Below are positions 46,959 to 56,849 of a stretch of 64,000 nucleotides of DNA, one piece after another. Numbering within the stretch: position 1 is the stretch's first letter; every line of letters starts with the position of its first letter. This DNA comes from Acidimicrobiia bacterium (GTDB taxonomy: Bacteria > Actinomycetota > Acidimicrobiia > Spongiisociales > Spongiisociaceae), in assembly GCA_041576165.1 (NCBI GenBank), contig JBFGLM010000024.1:1-64000 (forward strand), given 5' to 3'. The notes beneath the pieces are model-generated. The model was given only the letters and a program-made list of their open reading frames with translations. It did no database searches and had not been told where the DNA came from. Both the position numbers and the translations under genes were made by a program.

Positions 46959-47398
46959 CAGCCTGCGATGTGGTGTATCGCCCTCTCAGAGCTCTTCGGC
47001 ACGGTGTAGGTGCGGCCCGCGATGTGCCAATCCGTGGCCAACAAGGTCCCGCCCACTCGGGTGATCTCGACCGAAGCCGGTAGTACCTCTATGAGCCGTT
47101 TGGCGAATTGCCGAATCTTGCTCGCTTCGAAGATCATGATGCCATGTCGCGTCTTGGCGAGCGCCCGATAGTTGGTCGTCGCCGTGACGGCGATCGCCGC
47201 AGACGCCACGCCGAGCGCAATTCGCGAACTCCACTCTTCGAAGCCGGCCAACTCGGCAATTAGGAGCATAGCTACGAAAGCTCCGGCCGCGAACGGGAGC
47301 ATCCATCGGTGCCTGCTCCACATGAAGGCAGCTTCGATCACCTCGTCACCTTCGGCCAGGAGGCGTTGCACGGATCTCAACAGCACGGCGCGGCGCAT
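46955..47398 (-). CDS. Hypothetical membrane protein
   Basis: Two TMs flanked by beta-rich segments; TACCAT-N6-ATG. Confidence 0.6.
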   Translation of the reverse strand: MRRAVLLRSVQRLLAEGDEVIEAAFMWSRHRWMLPFAAGAFVAMLLIAELAGFEEWSSRIALGVASAAIAVTATTNYRALAKTRHGIMIFEASKIRQFAKRLIEVLPASVEITRVGGTLLATDWHIAGRTYTVPKSSERAIHHIAGC

Positions 47399-47473
47399 CA
47401 TTCGATGGTAGGTGCTATCGGCATATCGCCTGGATCGAGGTTCACTACCACGTTCGTGAACAGCTGGACCACG

Positions 47474-47719
47474 ATGCGGCCGGGGCTCACGGATGCCATC
47501 ACCGATGCGTACGAGGTCGACCTGGTTCGGCTCGAAGAACCGTCCGACCACGCATTCGAGTCCCCTGACCATCGCAAGCCCATGCGCCATACTCGGCGCC
47601 ATCGGGGAACTCACCAGAAGGCAATTCGGGGCGGTCGCCCGATGATCGTGCCCCGCCCGCCCGGCAACCTCGAGCAACGCCGGACGAAATCACCTGTGCG
47701 GCCGCCAGCGCTCGGGTAA
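47474..47719 (+). CDS. Possible small basic hypothetical protein
   Basis: Fills the gap between 47398 and 47726; acidic N-terminal half, Arg/His/Pro-rich C-terminal half; weak SD. Confidence 0.3.
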   Translation: MRPGLTDAITDAYEVDLVRLEEPSDHAFESPDHRKPMRHTRRHRGTHQKAIRGGRPMIVPRPPGNLEQRRTKSPVRPPALG

Positions 47720-47725
47720 AGCCGG

Positions 47726-49246
47726 TCAGCCGAACTCGATGCCCTGCGCGAGGGGCAGATCGCCGCCCCAGTTGATGGTGGTGGTTTGCCGGCGCATGTA
47801 CGCCTTCCAGGCGTCTGAGCCGGCCTCCCGGCCTCCCCCGGTCTCCTTCTCGCCACCGAATGCGCCCCCGATCTCGGCGCCGGACGTCCCGATGTTGACG
47901 TTGGCGATCCCGCAGTCGGAGCCGGCGTGGGATAGGAAACGCTCTGCGTTGGCAAGCGAGTCGGTGAAGATCGCAGACGACAGGCCCTGGCGGACGCCGT
48001 TGTGGACTTCGATCGCCTCGTGGAGCGAGTCGACGGTGATGACCCACAAGATGGGCGCGAATGTCTCCTCCTGCACGATCGGCGCGTCTTTGCCGATGGT
48101 GACGATCGTCGGTTCCACGAAACGGTCGCCGAGACCGTCCAGCTGCACCCGGTTGCCGCCGTAGACCACCTTCCCGCCTTGGTCGCGGGCGGCGTCAAGT
48201 GCCGCCATCATGTTCTCCACGGCGGTCGAGGAGACCAGCGGGCCCATCAGCACACCCTCCTTCATCGGGTCACCGATCGGGACCTGCGCATACGCATCAG
48301 CCAAGCTCGCCACGAGGTCGTCGGCGATGGCCCGGTGTGCGATGAGGCGGCGCAGTGAAGTGCAGCGTTGCCCGGCTGTCCCAACTGCCGCGAACAAGAC
48401 TGCCCGCGTGGCCAGGTCCAAGTCGGCGTCATCCATGACGATGATCGCGTTGTTGCCGCCCAGTTCGAGTATGGACCTCCCGTACCGCTCCGCCACTGCC
48501 GGGCCGACGATCCCGCCCATCCGGCACGATCCGGTGGCGGAGATCAGGGGCAGGCGGCGATCGGCGGTCATCAACTCCCCGACCGCCGGGCTGCCCGCGG
48601 CAAGCCCGAACACCGGTTCGAAACCGGTCCCGGCCATGACCCGTTCGCAGATCTTCGTCACGGCGATCGCAGTCAGCGAGCTGCGCTCGGAGGGCTTCCA
48701 AATCACCGTGTCGCCACACACCGACGCAATGAAGGCGTTCCAGGACCATACGGCGACCGGAAAGTTGAACGCGGTGATGACCCCGACCGGCCCCAGCGGG
48801 TGCCACTGTTCGTACATGCGGTGGCGCGGTCGTTCCGAAGCCATGGTGAGTCCGTACAACTGACGCGAAAGCCCCACGGCGAAGTCGGCGATGTCGATCA
48901 TCTCCTGGACCTCGCCTTCCCCCTCGGCGCGGATCTTGCCCATTTCCATCGTCACCAGCGCGCCCAGTTCCGCCCTGACGTCTCGCAAGGCATTGCCGAT
49001 CTGGCGGACATAGTCGCCCCGTTTCGGGGCCGGAACCATTCGCCACTCCTCGAACACTTCCACCGAGGCCGAGACGATCCGGTCATAATCATCGGGGCCG
49101 GCGTTGGTGACCGCCCCGATGACCGTGCCGGTGGCGGGGTTGTGGACTTCGACGGTCTCGCCGCCGGCGTCGAGCCAGGTGCCGGCGAACGCTCCGGAGT
49201 TGGTGGCGCCCAGTCCCAGGTTCTTGAAGACAGTGTTGTGATCCAT
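47726..49246 (-). CDS. ALDH7/antiquitin-like aldehyde dehydrogenase (piperideine-6-carboxylate dehydrogenase family)
   Basis: EGEVQEMIDIADFAVGLSRQLYG, AFNFP, LELGGNNA, GTAGQRCT, GAEIGGAFGGEKETGGGRE. Confidence 0.92.
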   Translation of the reverse strand: MDHNTVFKNLGLGATNSGAFAGTWLDAGGETVEVHNPATGTVIGAVTNAGPDDYDRIVSASVEVFEEWRMVPAPKRGDYVRQIGNALRDVRAELGALVTMEMGKIRAEGEGEVQEMIDIADFAVGLSRQLYGLTMASERPRHRMYEQWHPLGPVGVITAFNFPVAVWSWNAFIASVCGDTVIWKPSERSSLTAIAVTKICERVMAGTGFEPVFGLAAGSPAVGELMTADRRLPLISATGSCRMGGIVGPAVAERYGRSILELGGNNAIIVMDDADLDLATRAVLFAAVGTAGQRCTSLRRLIAHRAIADDLVASLADAYAQVPIGDPMKEGVLMGPLVSSTAVENMMAALDAARDQGGKVVYGGNRVQLDGLGDRFVEPTIVTIGKDAPIVQEETFAPILWVITVDSLHEAIEVHNGVRQGLSSAIFTDSLANAERFLSHAGSDCGIANVNIGTSGAEIGGAFGGEKETGGGREAGSDAWKAYMRRQTTTINWGGDLPLAQGIEFG

Positions 49247-49275
49247 GTCCACTCCGTTTCTACGCGACGCCACCG

Positions 49276-49659
49276 TCAAGTTCGGCGTGCGACCACCATC
49301 TCGATCTCGACCAGGAATCCGCCCGGTAACGCCGCCACCTGGACGGCGGATCGGGCCGGCGCCGCTTCCTCGAAATACTCTGCGTAGATCGCATTGATCG
49401 TGGCGTAGTCGTTCATGTCCGTCATGAAGATGGTCGTCTTGACGACGTCGCTCAGGTCGTGCCCGAGGTCATCGAGTATGGCCGTGATGTTGTCCATGAT
49501 CCGGCGAGTCTGCTCAGCGACCCCGTCCTCTTCCCTGCCTCCCGACGGTATGAGGGCTACCTGACCCGACAGGAAAATGAACCCATTCGATTGTACGGCG
49601 ACGTTGTAAGGGCCCATCGCGGCCGGTGCGCTGGGGGTGTCCAGCACCACCTTGGACAT
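49276..49659 (-). CDS. RidA/YjgF-family reactive-intermediate deaminase
   Basis: APAA.GPY, SGQV, VVKTT.F, PARSAVQV.ALP...VEIE. Confidence 0.9.
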   Translation of the reverse strand: MSKVVLDTPSAPAAMGPYNVAVQSNGFIFLSGQVALIPSGGREEDGVAEQTRRIMDNITAILDDLGHDLSDVVKTTIFMTDMNDYATINAIYAEYFEEAAPARSAVQVAALPGGFLVEIEMVVARRT

Positions 49660-49751
49660 GCTGACTCCTTGGTCGTAGCGGCTGGGCAAAGCGTACCGGT
49701 TCGGGCCCAGGGCAGCGCACTCAACGCAGCCCGCCTGGTAGCGTCACAGAT

Positions 49752-50081
49752 ATGGGTCGAATCCGCGAGTTTGTTTCTGAGTGGAAGGCGCGCCGCGCCG
49801 GCGCGAAATACCTGTCGAATTCCATCCGCACATCGGCTAGGGAGATCATCGGACCGATCGGCGATCTGTACTCAAACGCATGGAAACTGCTCGAAACCGA
49901 CGGGGATCGCTACCTCGAGTCGTTCGACCGGCGGGTACCGCCCAGCTTGCACATCTCGCAACGCGACCGGACCAGGTGGAACATGCCGGTTCCGCTACCG
50001 GAGCGTTGCATCGAGGACTGGAACGAATCCCACCGACCCGAGGCCGACCCGGACGAGTTCACCGCCGACGATTACGCCTGA
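49752..50081 (+). CDS. Hypothetical protein
   Basis: 109 aa with protein-like composition; TAGCGT-N7-ATG. Confidence 0.55.
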   Translation: MGRIREFVSEWKARRAGAKYLSNSIRTSAREIIGPIGDLYSNAWKLLETDGDRYLESFDRRVPPSLHISQRDRTRWNMPVPLPERCIEDWNESHRPEADPDEFTADDYA

Positions 50082-50185
50082 TACGGCAATTCGATCGGTC
50101 CGGCCGACCAGGCCACGGTGGGGGCATTTGCAAGGCACCCGCAGGGTCCCGCGTCCGGAACGGCGGCGGCCGACCGCCGGCGGCC

Positions 50186-50551
50186 TCAGCTGAAACTGTT
50201 ACCGCAGCCGCAGGATCGGGTGACGTTGGGGTTGTTGATGGCGAACCCGGCGCCCATCAGCCCATCCTGGTAGTCGAGCGTCGATCCACGGAGATGGTTG
50301 ATGCTTTGATCGTCGACGACCACTCGGACGGTCTCACCGAACGACTCGACGATGTCGGTGTCGTCTACCTCGTCCGTGAAGAACATGTCGTAGGAGAACC
50401 CGGAGCAACCGCCCGGGCGGACGGCCATCCGCAGCACGAGGTTCTCGTCGCCCTCGGACGCGATCAGCTCGCCGACCTTTTCGATCGCACCCTCTGTGAG
50501 AGTGACGGCCCGTTCCGGGGTCCGCCGCTTGATCGAGACGAGTTGTTCCAT
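50186..50551 (-). CDS. iscA: A-type Fe-S carrier (HesB/IscA/ErpA family)
   Basis: PGGCSGFSY, LDY.DGL.GAGF.I.NPN...CGCG.SF. Confidence 0.92.
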   Translation of the reverse strand: MEQLVSIKRRTPERAVTLTEGAIEKVGELIASEGDENLVLRMAVRPGGCSGFSYDMFFTDEVDDTDIVESFGETVRVVVDDQSINHLRGSTLDYQDGLMGAGFAINNPNVTRSCGCGNSFS

Positions 50552-50745
50552 GTGGTGGTCACCTCTACAAATCGACAGCCATGAGTATACCGGTCGGAGG
50601 CCGATACTCCGACCTCGGGGAAGTGGCCGCAACAGACGCCCGCCCGGGTTGCAACCAGCAACGCCGGACGCCCGGGCTGAATTCCAATGTCGCCATAGTG
50701 CTTAGAAGAACTACGATGAATGTGGCCCCCGCCGGGAGACCTACT

Positions 50746-51900
50746 GTGGAGCCGAACGTGCCGATCGAACACGATGTGATGGAAGCCCTGCGGGGCGTGG
50801 TCGACCCCGAGCTGGGGGGCGACATCGTCGAACTAGGGATGGTTCATCGAATCGACGTCGCCGATGGCGTGGCAACCATCGGTCTCGCACTCACGATCGC
50901 CGAATGCCCCATGCGCGGCCAGATCGAACAGGACACACGACGCAAGATCGAGGCGCTGCCAGGCATCGTTGATGTCAAGGTCGAAACCACCGCGATGACC
51001 AAGGCGCAGCGAGCGGAGCTGATGTCGGTCGCCCGCAAGCGAGTTCGAGAAAACGCCGAACCAACCCAGGTCTCGCCAACTACGAGGGTGATCGCGGTCG
51101 GAAGCGGCAAGGGCGGAGTCGGAAAATCATCAGTCGCCACCAACCTGGCCGTTGGCCTGGCCGACCTGGGCCACCAGATCGGGCTGCTGGACGCCGACAT
51201 TTGGGGGTTTTCGATTCCCCGAATGCTGGGCACGGACGAGCGGCTCGGGGCAGACGAAACGACCAAGCTCATCATCCCGGTCGAAGCGCAGGGCATCAAG
51301 GTGGTGTCAACTGGGCTGATCGTCGAGACGGAGGAAACCGCCCTCATGTGGCGTGGCCTCATGTTGACCCGGGCGCTCGAGCAATTCCTGAAACAGGTCG
51401 AATGGGGCGAGGTCGACTACCTGATCATCGACATGCCGCCCGGGACCGGTGACATCCAGATGGCCCTGTCGCGGCTGCTCCCGCAGGCAGAGATGATCAT
51501 TGTCACCACACCCCAAAAGACCGCTCAGAAGGTGGCGGTGCGGATCGGCGACATGGCCCGGCGCTCCTACATGCCGATCGTCGGCGTGATCGAAAACATG
51601 AGCAGCTTCACCAGCAACGACGGCGAGGTACACCATCTCTTCGGCCGGGGCGGCGGTCAGGAACTCGCCGATGAACTCGGCGTCCCTCTGATCGCACAGA
51701 TCCCGCTCGACCCGAGTTTGGTAGAGGGGGGCGACACCGGCCTGCCGGTGACCCGCCACCAACCTGCCAGCGCCTCCGCCCGGGCATTCATCGAAGCGGC
51801 CTCCCGAATCACCGCGCTCGTGCCTCCGGCCGAGGACGAAACCTGCACCGGACGGATCGCCAAGCTGCTCGCCGATCTCGACGCTCCCGCCCCGGCGTAG
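50746..51900 (+). CDS. mrp: Mrp/NBP35 (ApbC) Fe-S carrier ATPase with N-terminal FeS_assembly_P domain (alternative start 50716)
   Basis: V.DPELG.DIV.LGMV, TIAECP, SGKGGVGKS, DADIWG.S.P, WRG, DMPPGTGD, ENMS. Confidence 0.92.
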   Translation: MEPNVPIEHDVMEALRGVVDPELGGDIVELGMVHRIDVADGVATIGLALTIAECPMRGQIEQDTRRKIEALPGIVDVKVETTAMTKAQRAELMSVARKRVRENAEPTQVSPTTRVIAVGSGKGGVGKSSVATNLAVGLADLGHQIGLLDADIWGFSIPRMLGTDERLGADETTKLIIPVEAQGIKVVSTGLIVETEETALMWRGLMLTRALEQFLKQVEWGEVDYLIIDMPPGTGDIQMALSRLLPQAEMIIVTTPQKTAQKVAVRIGDMARRSYMPIVGVIENMSSFTSNDGEVHHLFGRGGGQELADELGVPLIAQIPLDPSLVEGGDTGLPVTRHQPASASARAFIEAASRITALVPPAEDETCTGRIAKLLADLDAPAPA

Positions 51901-52003
51901 GAACCTACATTTCGCGCGTAACGTAGCGCCCGCCGGGACGGCTGGGCGGCACCCGTGGTCACTCACCGCAGCATGGCGAGTGGGGCCCCCAACCCAGGTG
52001 GTA

Positions 52004-52079
52004 ACTAGTCACTTCGCGTGTTTCCAATACGGCCCCCATGCCAGCTTTCATCATGGCCGATACTGAGATAGAACGTGCC
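52004..52079 (+). promoter_or_regulatory. Conserved promoter module, copy B
   Basis: ACTAGTCACTTCGCGTG-N36-CCGATAC-N7-GAACGTGCC, same layout as 1658-1733 (-). Confidence 0.7.
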
Positions 52080-52214
52080 GGAAGCGGCAAACGGGAGGCG
52101 AACCCGCAGAGGGGCATCACCGCCAGAAATACGATCTCAGGTTCCTCAACCAAGCATCCCCCTTGACTGGTTGAGACCGGGCCGGACCGTCAAAGGTCCG
52201 GCCCAATCTTTTCT
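52071..52214 (+). ncRNA. Candidate small RNA (~145 nt)
   Basis: Starts 7 nt after GCCGATAC; hairpins TGCCG/CGGCA, CGGG/CCCG, CTCAACCA/TGGTTGAG with a CCCCC loop; ends in a terminator. Confidence 0.5.
52179..52214 (+). terminator. Intrinsic terminator
   Basis: GGGCCGGACC-gtcaaa-GGTCCGGCCC followed by AATCTTTTCT; T-rich tail on the + strand only. Confidence 0.7.
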
Positions 52215-52301
52215 CGGGTACTGGCCTTATCAGGAACTGGCCACTGTGCGTAACTCATCGACCTCGAGGGCGTATATCACCAAGAGTGGTGGGATCGGCG
52301 T

Positions 52302-53465
52302 TCACCCGCACAGCTGGCTGGCGAGCGGTGTCGGATTGACCGCTCCGCCACCGCCCGGGTGGTATTCCCAATGCAGATGGGGGATGTGGGCCGGCGCGTT
52401 GCCGGTGGTGCCGACGGTGCCGAGGGGGTCTCCTGCGGCCACCCGCTGACCGGCGGACAGCCCGGACGCCCAGGAGTCGAGATGGGCGTAGTAGAACTCG
52501 TCGCCGTCGTCGGTTTTCAGCCAGACCGTGATGCCGCCCAGCCCGCCGTTGCGCATGCGGAGTACAACGCCCGAACCGACTGCCACCACCGGGGTGCCGC
52601 GAGCGGCCAGCATGTCGACTCCTTGATGGAATCGTCCGCCCGACCGCGGCGCGCCCCAGGTGTCGGTGAAGGCCACAAACCCTCTGACCGGGCATACACG
52701 TGAGGGGGACGACGAGGGACTGTCCGCGACGGTGGTCGTGGTGGTTGTCGTCTCCGCCGCAGCGGTGGTCTCGGTTGTTTCAGCGTCCGCGGCTGCTGTG
52801 GTACTGGTTGCCTGCCGCCTCGCTTCTTCCTCGGCTTCGGCCCGGCGGCGCGCTTCCTCCTCCGCCCGGCGACGCGCCTCCTCCTGGCGGCGCCGCTCCT
52901 CTTCCTCAAACTGGGCGTAGAGGGTGTTGTATTCGGCTTGGGCGGCCTCGAGTCGCGAGTTGAGATCGGCGGCGATGACCTCGAGCTCGTCGATGGCCGC
53001 CTGATGTTCGGCCCGGACGCCTTCCAAATCCCTGGTTTCGGCATCGAGCTGGACGTTGAGCACCTCCAGCTCGTTGAGGAGCTCACGATCCGTCACGCCG
53101 AGATCACGCAGGTACTGGCTGCGCGTCTCGACATCGGTCGGTTCCTCCGCTGCGAACAACACGGCGATGCCCACCTCGGCGGCGTCCGTGTACATCTCCA
53201 CGAGCCGTTGCTCGAGGCGCCGGCGTAGATCGACCGCTTCCAGCCGGCGCGCCTCCAGCCGCACTTCCAACGCCTTGATGCTCGATCCGAGCTCGGCGTC
53301 TCGCGTGAGCGCGTTCTCATAGGCAATGGTCAGCTCGAGCAGATCAGCCCGAAGGTCTGCCAGCCGTTCCTGGGCCTCAGCAAGATCGCCCGGGGTCACC
53401 TGGGCGGCGGCAGGCAACGCGAGCAACGCAAGGATGAGGGCGGCGGCCAGCAGCCGAGTTGCCAT
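52302..53465 (-). CDS. Secreted M23-family peptidase with coiled-coil N-terminus
   Basis: Signal peptide, long coiled coil, HQGVD (HxxxD), YAHL, HLH. Confidence 0.92.
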   Translation of the reverse strand: MATRLLAAALILALLALPAAAQVTPGDLAEAQERLADLRADLLELTIAYENALTRDAELGSSIKALEVRLEARRLEAVDLRRRLEQRLVEMYTDAAEVGIAVLFAAEEPTDVETRSQYLRDLGVTDRELLNELEVLNVQLDAETRDLEGVRAEHQAAIDELEVIAADLNSRLEAAQAEYNTLYAQFEEEERRRQEEARRRAEEEARRRAEAEEEARRQATSTTAAADAETTETTAAAETTTTTTTVADSPSSSPSRVCPVRGFVAFTDTWGAPRSGGRFHQGVDMLAARGTPVVAVGSGVVLRMRNGGLGGITVWLKTDDGDEFYYAHLDSWASGLSAGQRVAAGDPLGTVGTTGNAPAHIPHLHWEYHPGGGGAVNPTPLASQLCG

Positions 53466-53466
53466 A

Positions 53467-54273
53467 TCAACTGCCGGCGCGGGTGGTCACCGGTTCCTCC
53501 CACAGTCCTGGTTCGCCATGGTCGTAGCGGCGGCGGGTGAAGCCCACTACGCCGTCATCGACCAGCTTTGCGAGGTGGGCTGCCACCGAATGGGCTGCCA
53601 CCGGGTGCAAAGCCGGATCCACGTCAGCGTAGACTCGCTCGACAATCTCTCCCACCGTGGCCGCCCCGTCGTCGAGCGCGGCGACGATCTGCTGCTCGCG
53701 CTCCAGCCGGTGGTCGATGTATTCCTGGATCAAGGATGGAGCGTCGTCGATTTCTGGTCCGTGGCCGGGATACAGCTTGGTCCAGTCGAGGCTTTGCAGC
53801 CGGCGCAGCGACCGCAGGTACGCGCTCAGATCTTCGATCACGACGGTGGAGCCGCCCATGATGTGGTCACCGGTGAAGAGCACCTCGTCGACCGCAAAAC
53901 ATACGTGGTCGCCGCTGTGCCCAGGCGTGAATAGCACCTGCGCCCGGGTACGACCGAACGGCACCCGGGAGCCATCGGTGAGCGTCCCGTCCGGCTCGAA
54001 CTCCGGGCCGGGGGCGAAGCCGAGCGCCGGTACCCCCAGGCCAGCAGCCAGCGGATTTGCCAGCGGCGCATGGTCGGGATGGGTGTGGGTGACCAGCACC
54101 GCTTGGGGCTGGAGGGCAGCGACCGCGTTTGTGATAGCGGCTCGGTGCTCGCTGATGATAGGTCCGGGGTCCACGATGAGACACTCGTCCTGGCTGGTGA
54201 TCACGTAGGTGTTGGTGCCCGAGCCGGTGTAGAGGCCGGGATTGGGCGCGAGGATACGATGGACCTCGATCAT
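53467..54273 (-). CDS. MBL-fold metallo-hydrolase (LACTB2-like)
   Basis: APNPG..T..GTNTY, THTHPDH, TPGH..DH, TGDH, PGHG, HR.ERE. Confidence 0.9.
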   Translation of the reverse strand: MIEVHRILAPNPGLYTGSGTNTYVITSQDECLIVDPGPIISEHRAAITNAVAALQPQAVLVTHTHPDHAPLANPLAAGLGVPALGFAPGPEFEPDGTLTDGSRVPFGRTRAQVLFTPGHSGDHVCFAVDEVLFTGDHIMGGSTVVIEDLSAYLRSLRRLQSLDWTKLYPGHGPEIDDAPSLIQEYIDHRLEREQQIVAALDDGAATVGEIVERVYADVDPALHPVAAHSVAAHLAKLVDDGVVGFTRRRYDHGEPGLWEEPVTTRAGS

Positions 54274-55013
54274 CGGCGAGCCGAGTGAGGCACCTGGGCC
54301 GCCAGCACCTCGTCGTATCCATCGTCGCCGGGGACGAGCAGCTTGTGCAGCGCTCCAGTCTCATCCAGCACGGGTGCCGGTTCGATTGGGCTCACATGCT
54401 GGGCGGCGGCGGCGGCGATGGCCTGGCCGGGGGCGTCGAAGTGTGACAGACGGACCAAGTTACGGATGGTGGGGAACATCATGCGGTACGTGTCCTTGCG
54501 TCCTGCCAGGGCCGTGGTGGGGCTGAGCCAGGCAACCTCCACGATCTCGCTCCCGTCGGGCTCGAAGCCCAGATCCGGTTCGACCTCGACGATGAAAAAC
54601 CGGGTGTCGTATCGCTTGGGCTGGGAGCGGGGTGTGATCCAGTTCGACCAGTAGGTCACGTTTGCGAACCGCAGACCGGCCGCGTCCATCGCCGAGAGCA
54701 GATCGTCGCCGTCCAGCCGACCGAGTGTGGCCCGCAGGCCGGCGAGCGGCGGCGCCGTCGTGACGAACGCGTTGATTTCTTCCGCCGTCTCCCGCAGCGC
54801 GGCCGACATGAACGGTGCGGCCTCGACGTCCGACGCCGCGGTGCCGAGCAGCCGCATGGCCAGGTCCGACGAATCCACCTCTTCGACCACGCCGCCAGGG
54901 AAAACCCACAGTCCGCCGGCAAATGAGGCCGACGCGGTACGACGGGCCATCAGAACTTCGAGCCCGGCGGGGCCGGCGCGGGTCACCAGCAGCGTGGCAG
55001 CGGATCGAATCAT
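54270..55013 (-). CDS. NUDIX hydrolase
   Basis: VFPGG.V...D, AALRETAEE, WITP..QPKRYDTRFF, MMFPT; ATGA overlaps at both ends. Confidence 0.88.
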   Translation of the reverse strand: MIRSAATLLVTRAGPAGLEVLMARRTASASFAGGLWVFPGGVVEEVDSSDLAMRLLGTAASDVEAAPFMSAALRETAEEINAFVTTAPPLAGLRATLGRLDGDDLLSAMDAAGLRFANVTYWSNWITPRSQPKRYDTRFFIVEVEPDLGFEPDGSEIVEVAWLSPTTALAGRKDTYRMMFPTIRNLVRLSHFDAPGQAIAAAAAQHVSPIEPAPVLDETGALHKLLVPGDDGYDEVLAAQVPHSARR

Positions 55014-55384
55014 CGAACGATGATCGTACGACTTCTCAGCAGCCTGCGCCCGAACCGATAGATCAGCTCCCGGACCGGTGGCACCATCAGCGCAAAACCG
55101 ACGGTGTCGGTCAAGAAGCCCGGGGTGAGCAGCAATGCCCCTCCCAGGAGGATGAGCACGCCGTGCACGATAGGAGAGGTCGGGATCTGCCCGACCCGCT
55201 GTCGCTGCCGGAATTTCCGAAACACGCTCAGGCCCTGCCACCGCACCAGCGTGGCGCCGATGACGGCGGTGATGATCACCAGCAGCAACGTGTTCCCCAG
55301 CCCGATGAGATCGCTGATCACCGTGAAGATGACCAACTCCAAGACAGGGATGACAACGAACAGCAGCGTGAGGAGGACGCTCAT
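55010..55384 (-). CDS. fxsA: FxsA-family membrane protein
   Basis: P.LEL, GG.LLLTPGFLTD.VG; TACACT-N7-ATG. Confidence 0.88.
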   Translation of the reverse strand: MSVLLTLLFVVIPVLELVIFTVISDLIGLGNTLLLVIITAVIGATLVRWQGLSVFRKFRQRQRVGQIPTSPIVHGVLILLGGALLLTPGFLTDTVGFALMVPPVRELIYRFGRRLLRSRTIIVR

Positions 55385-55502
55385 TGGCGTGAGTGTACGG
55401 CGCCCCCGAGAATAGCCGCCAGTGCGGGGCCGCCGTGCCGCCTGCGGGGGAGCCGCGCGGGACTCGCCTCCGGTACCGGTCCGTGACGCTAACTTGACGG
55501 GC

Positions 55503-56836
<1,334 letters not shown>

Positions 56837-56849
<13 letters not shown>

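Noticed and set aside
52081-52140. c-di-GMP-I riboswitch suggested by GGCAAAC
   Set aside because: Lacks the GAAA-tetraloop hairpin and GACGCAAAG, and there is no downstream + strand gene
51959-52153. 64-aa minus-strand ORF with AGGGGG upstream of TTG
   Set aside because: Very short SD spacing, no family resemblance, and it overlaps the conserved + strand promoter; kept only as an alternative to the sRNA
52730-52900. Repetitive EEEARRR and Thr-run DNA in the M23 gene
   Set aside because: Ordinary coiled-coil and linker low complexity, not a DNA repeat element
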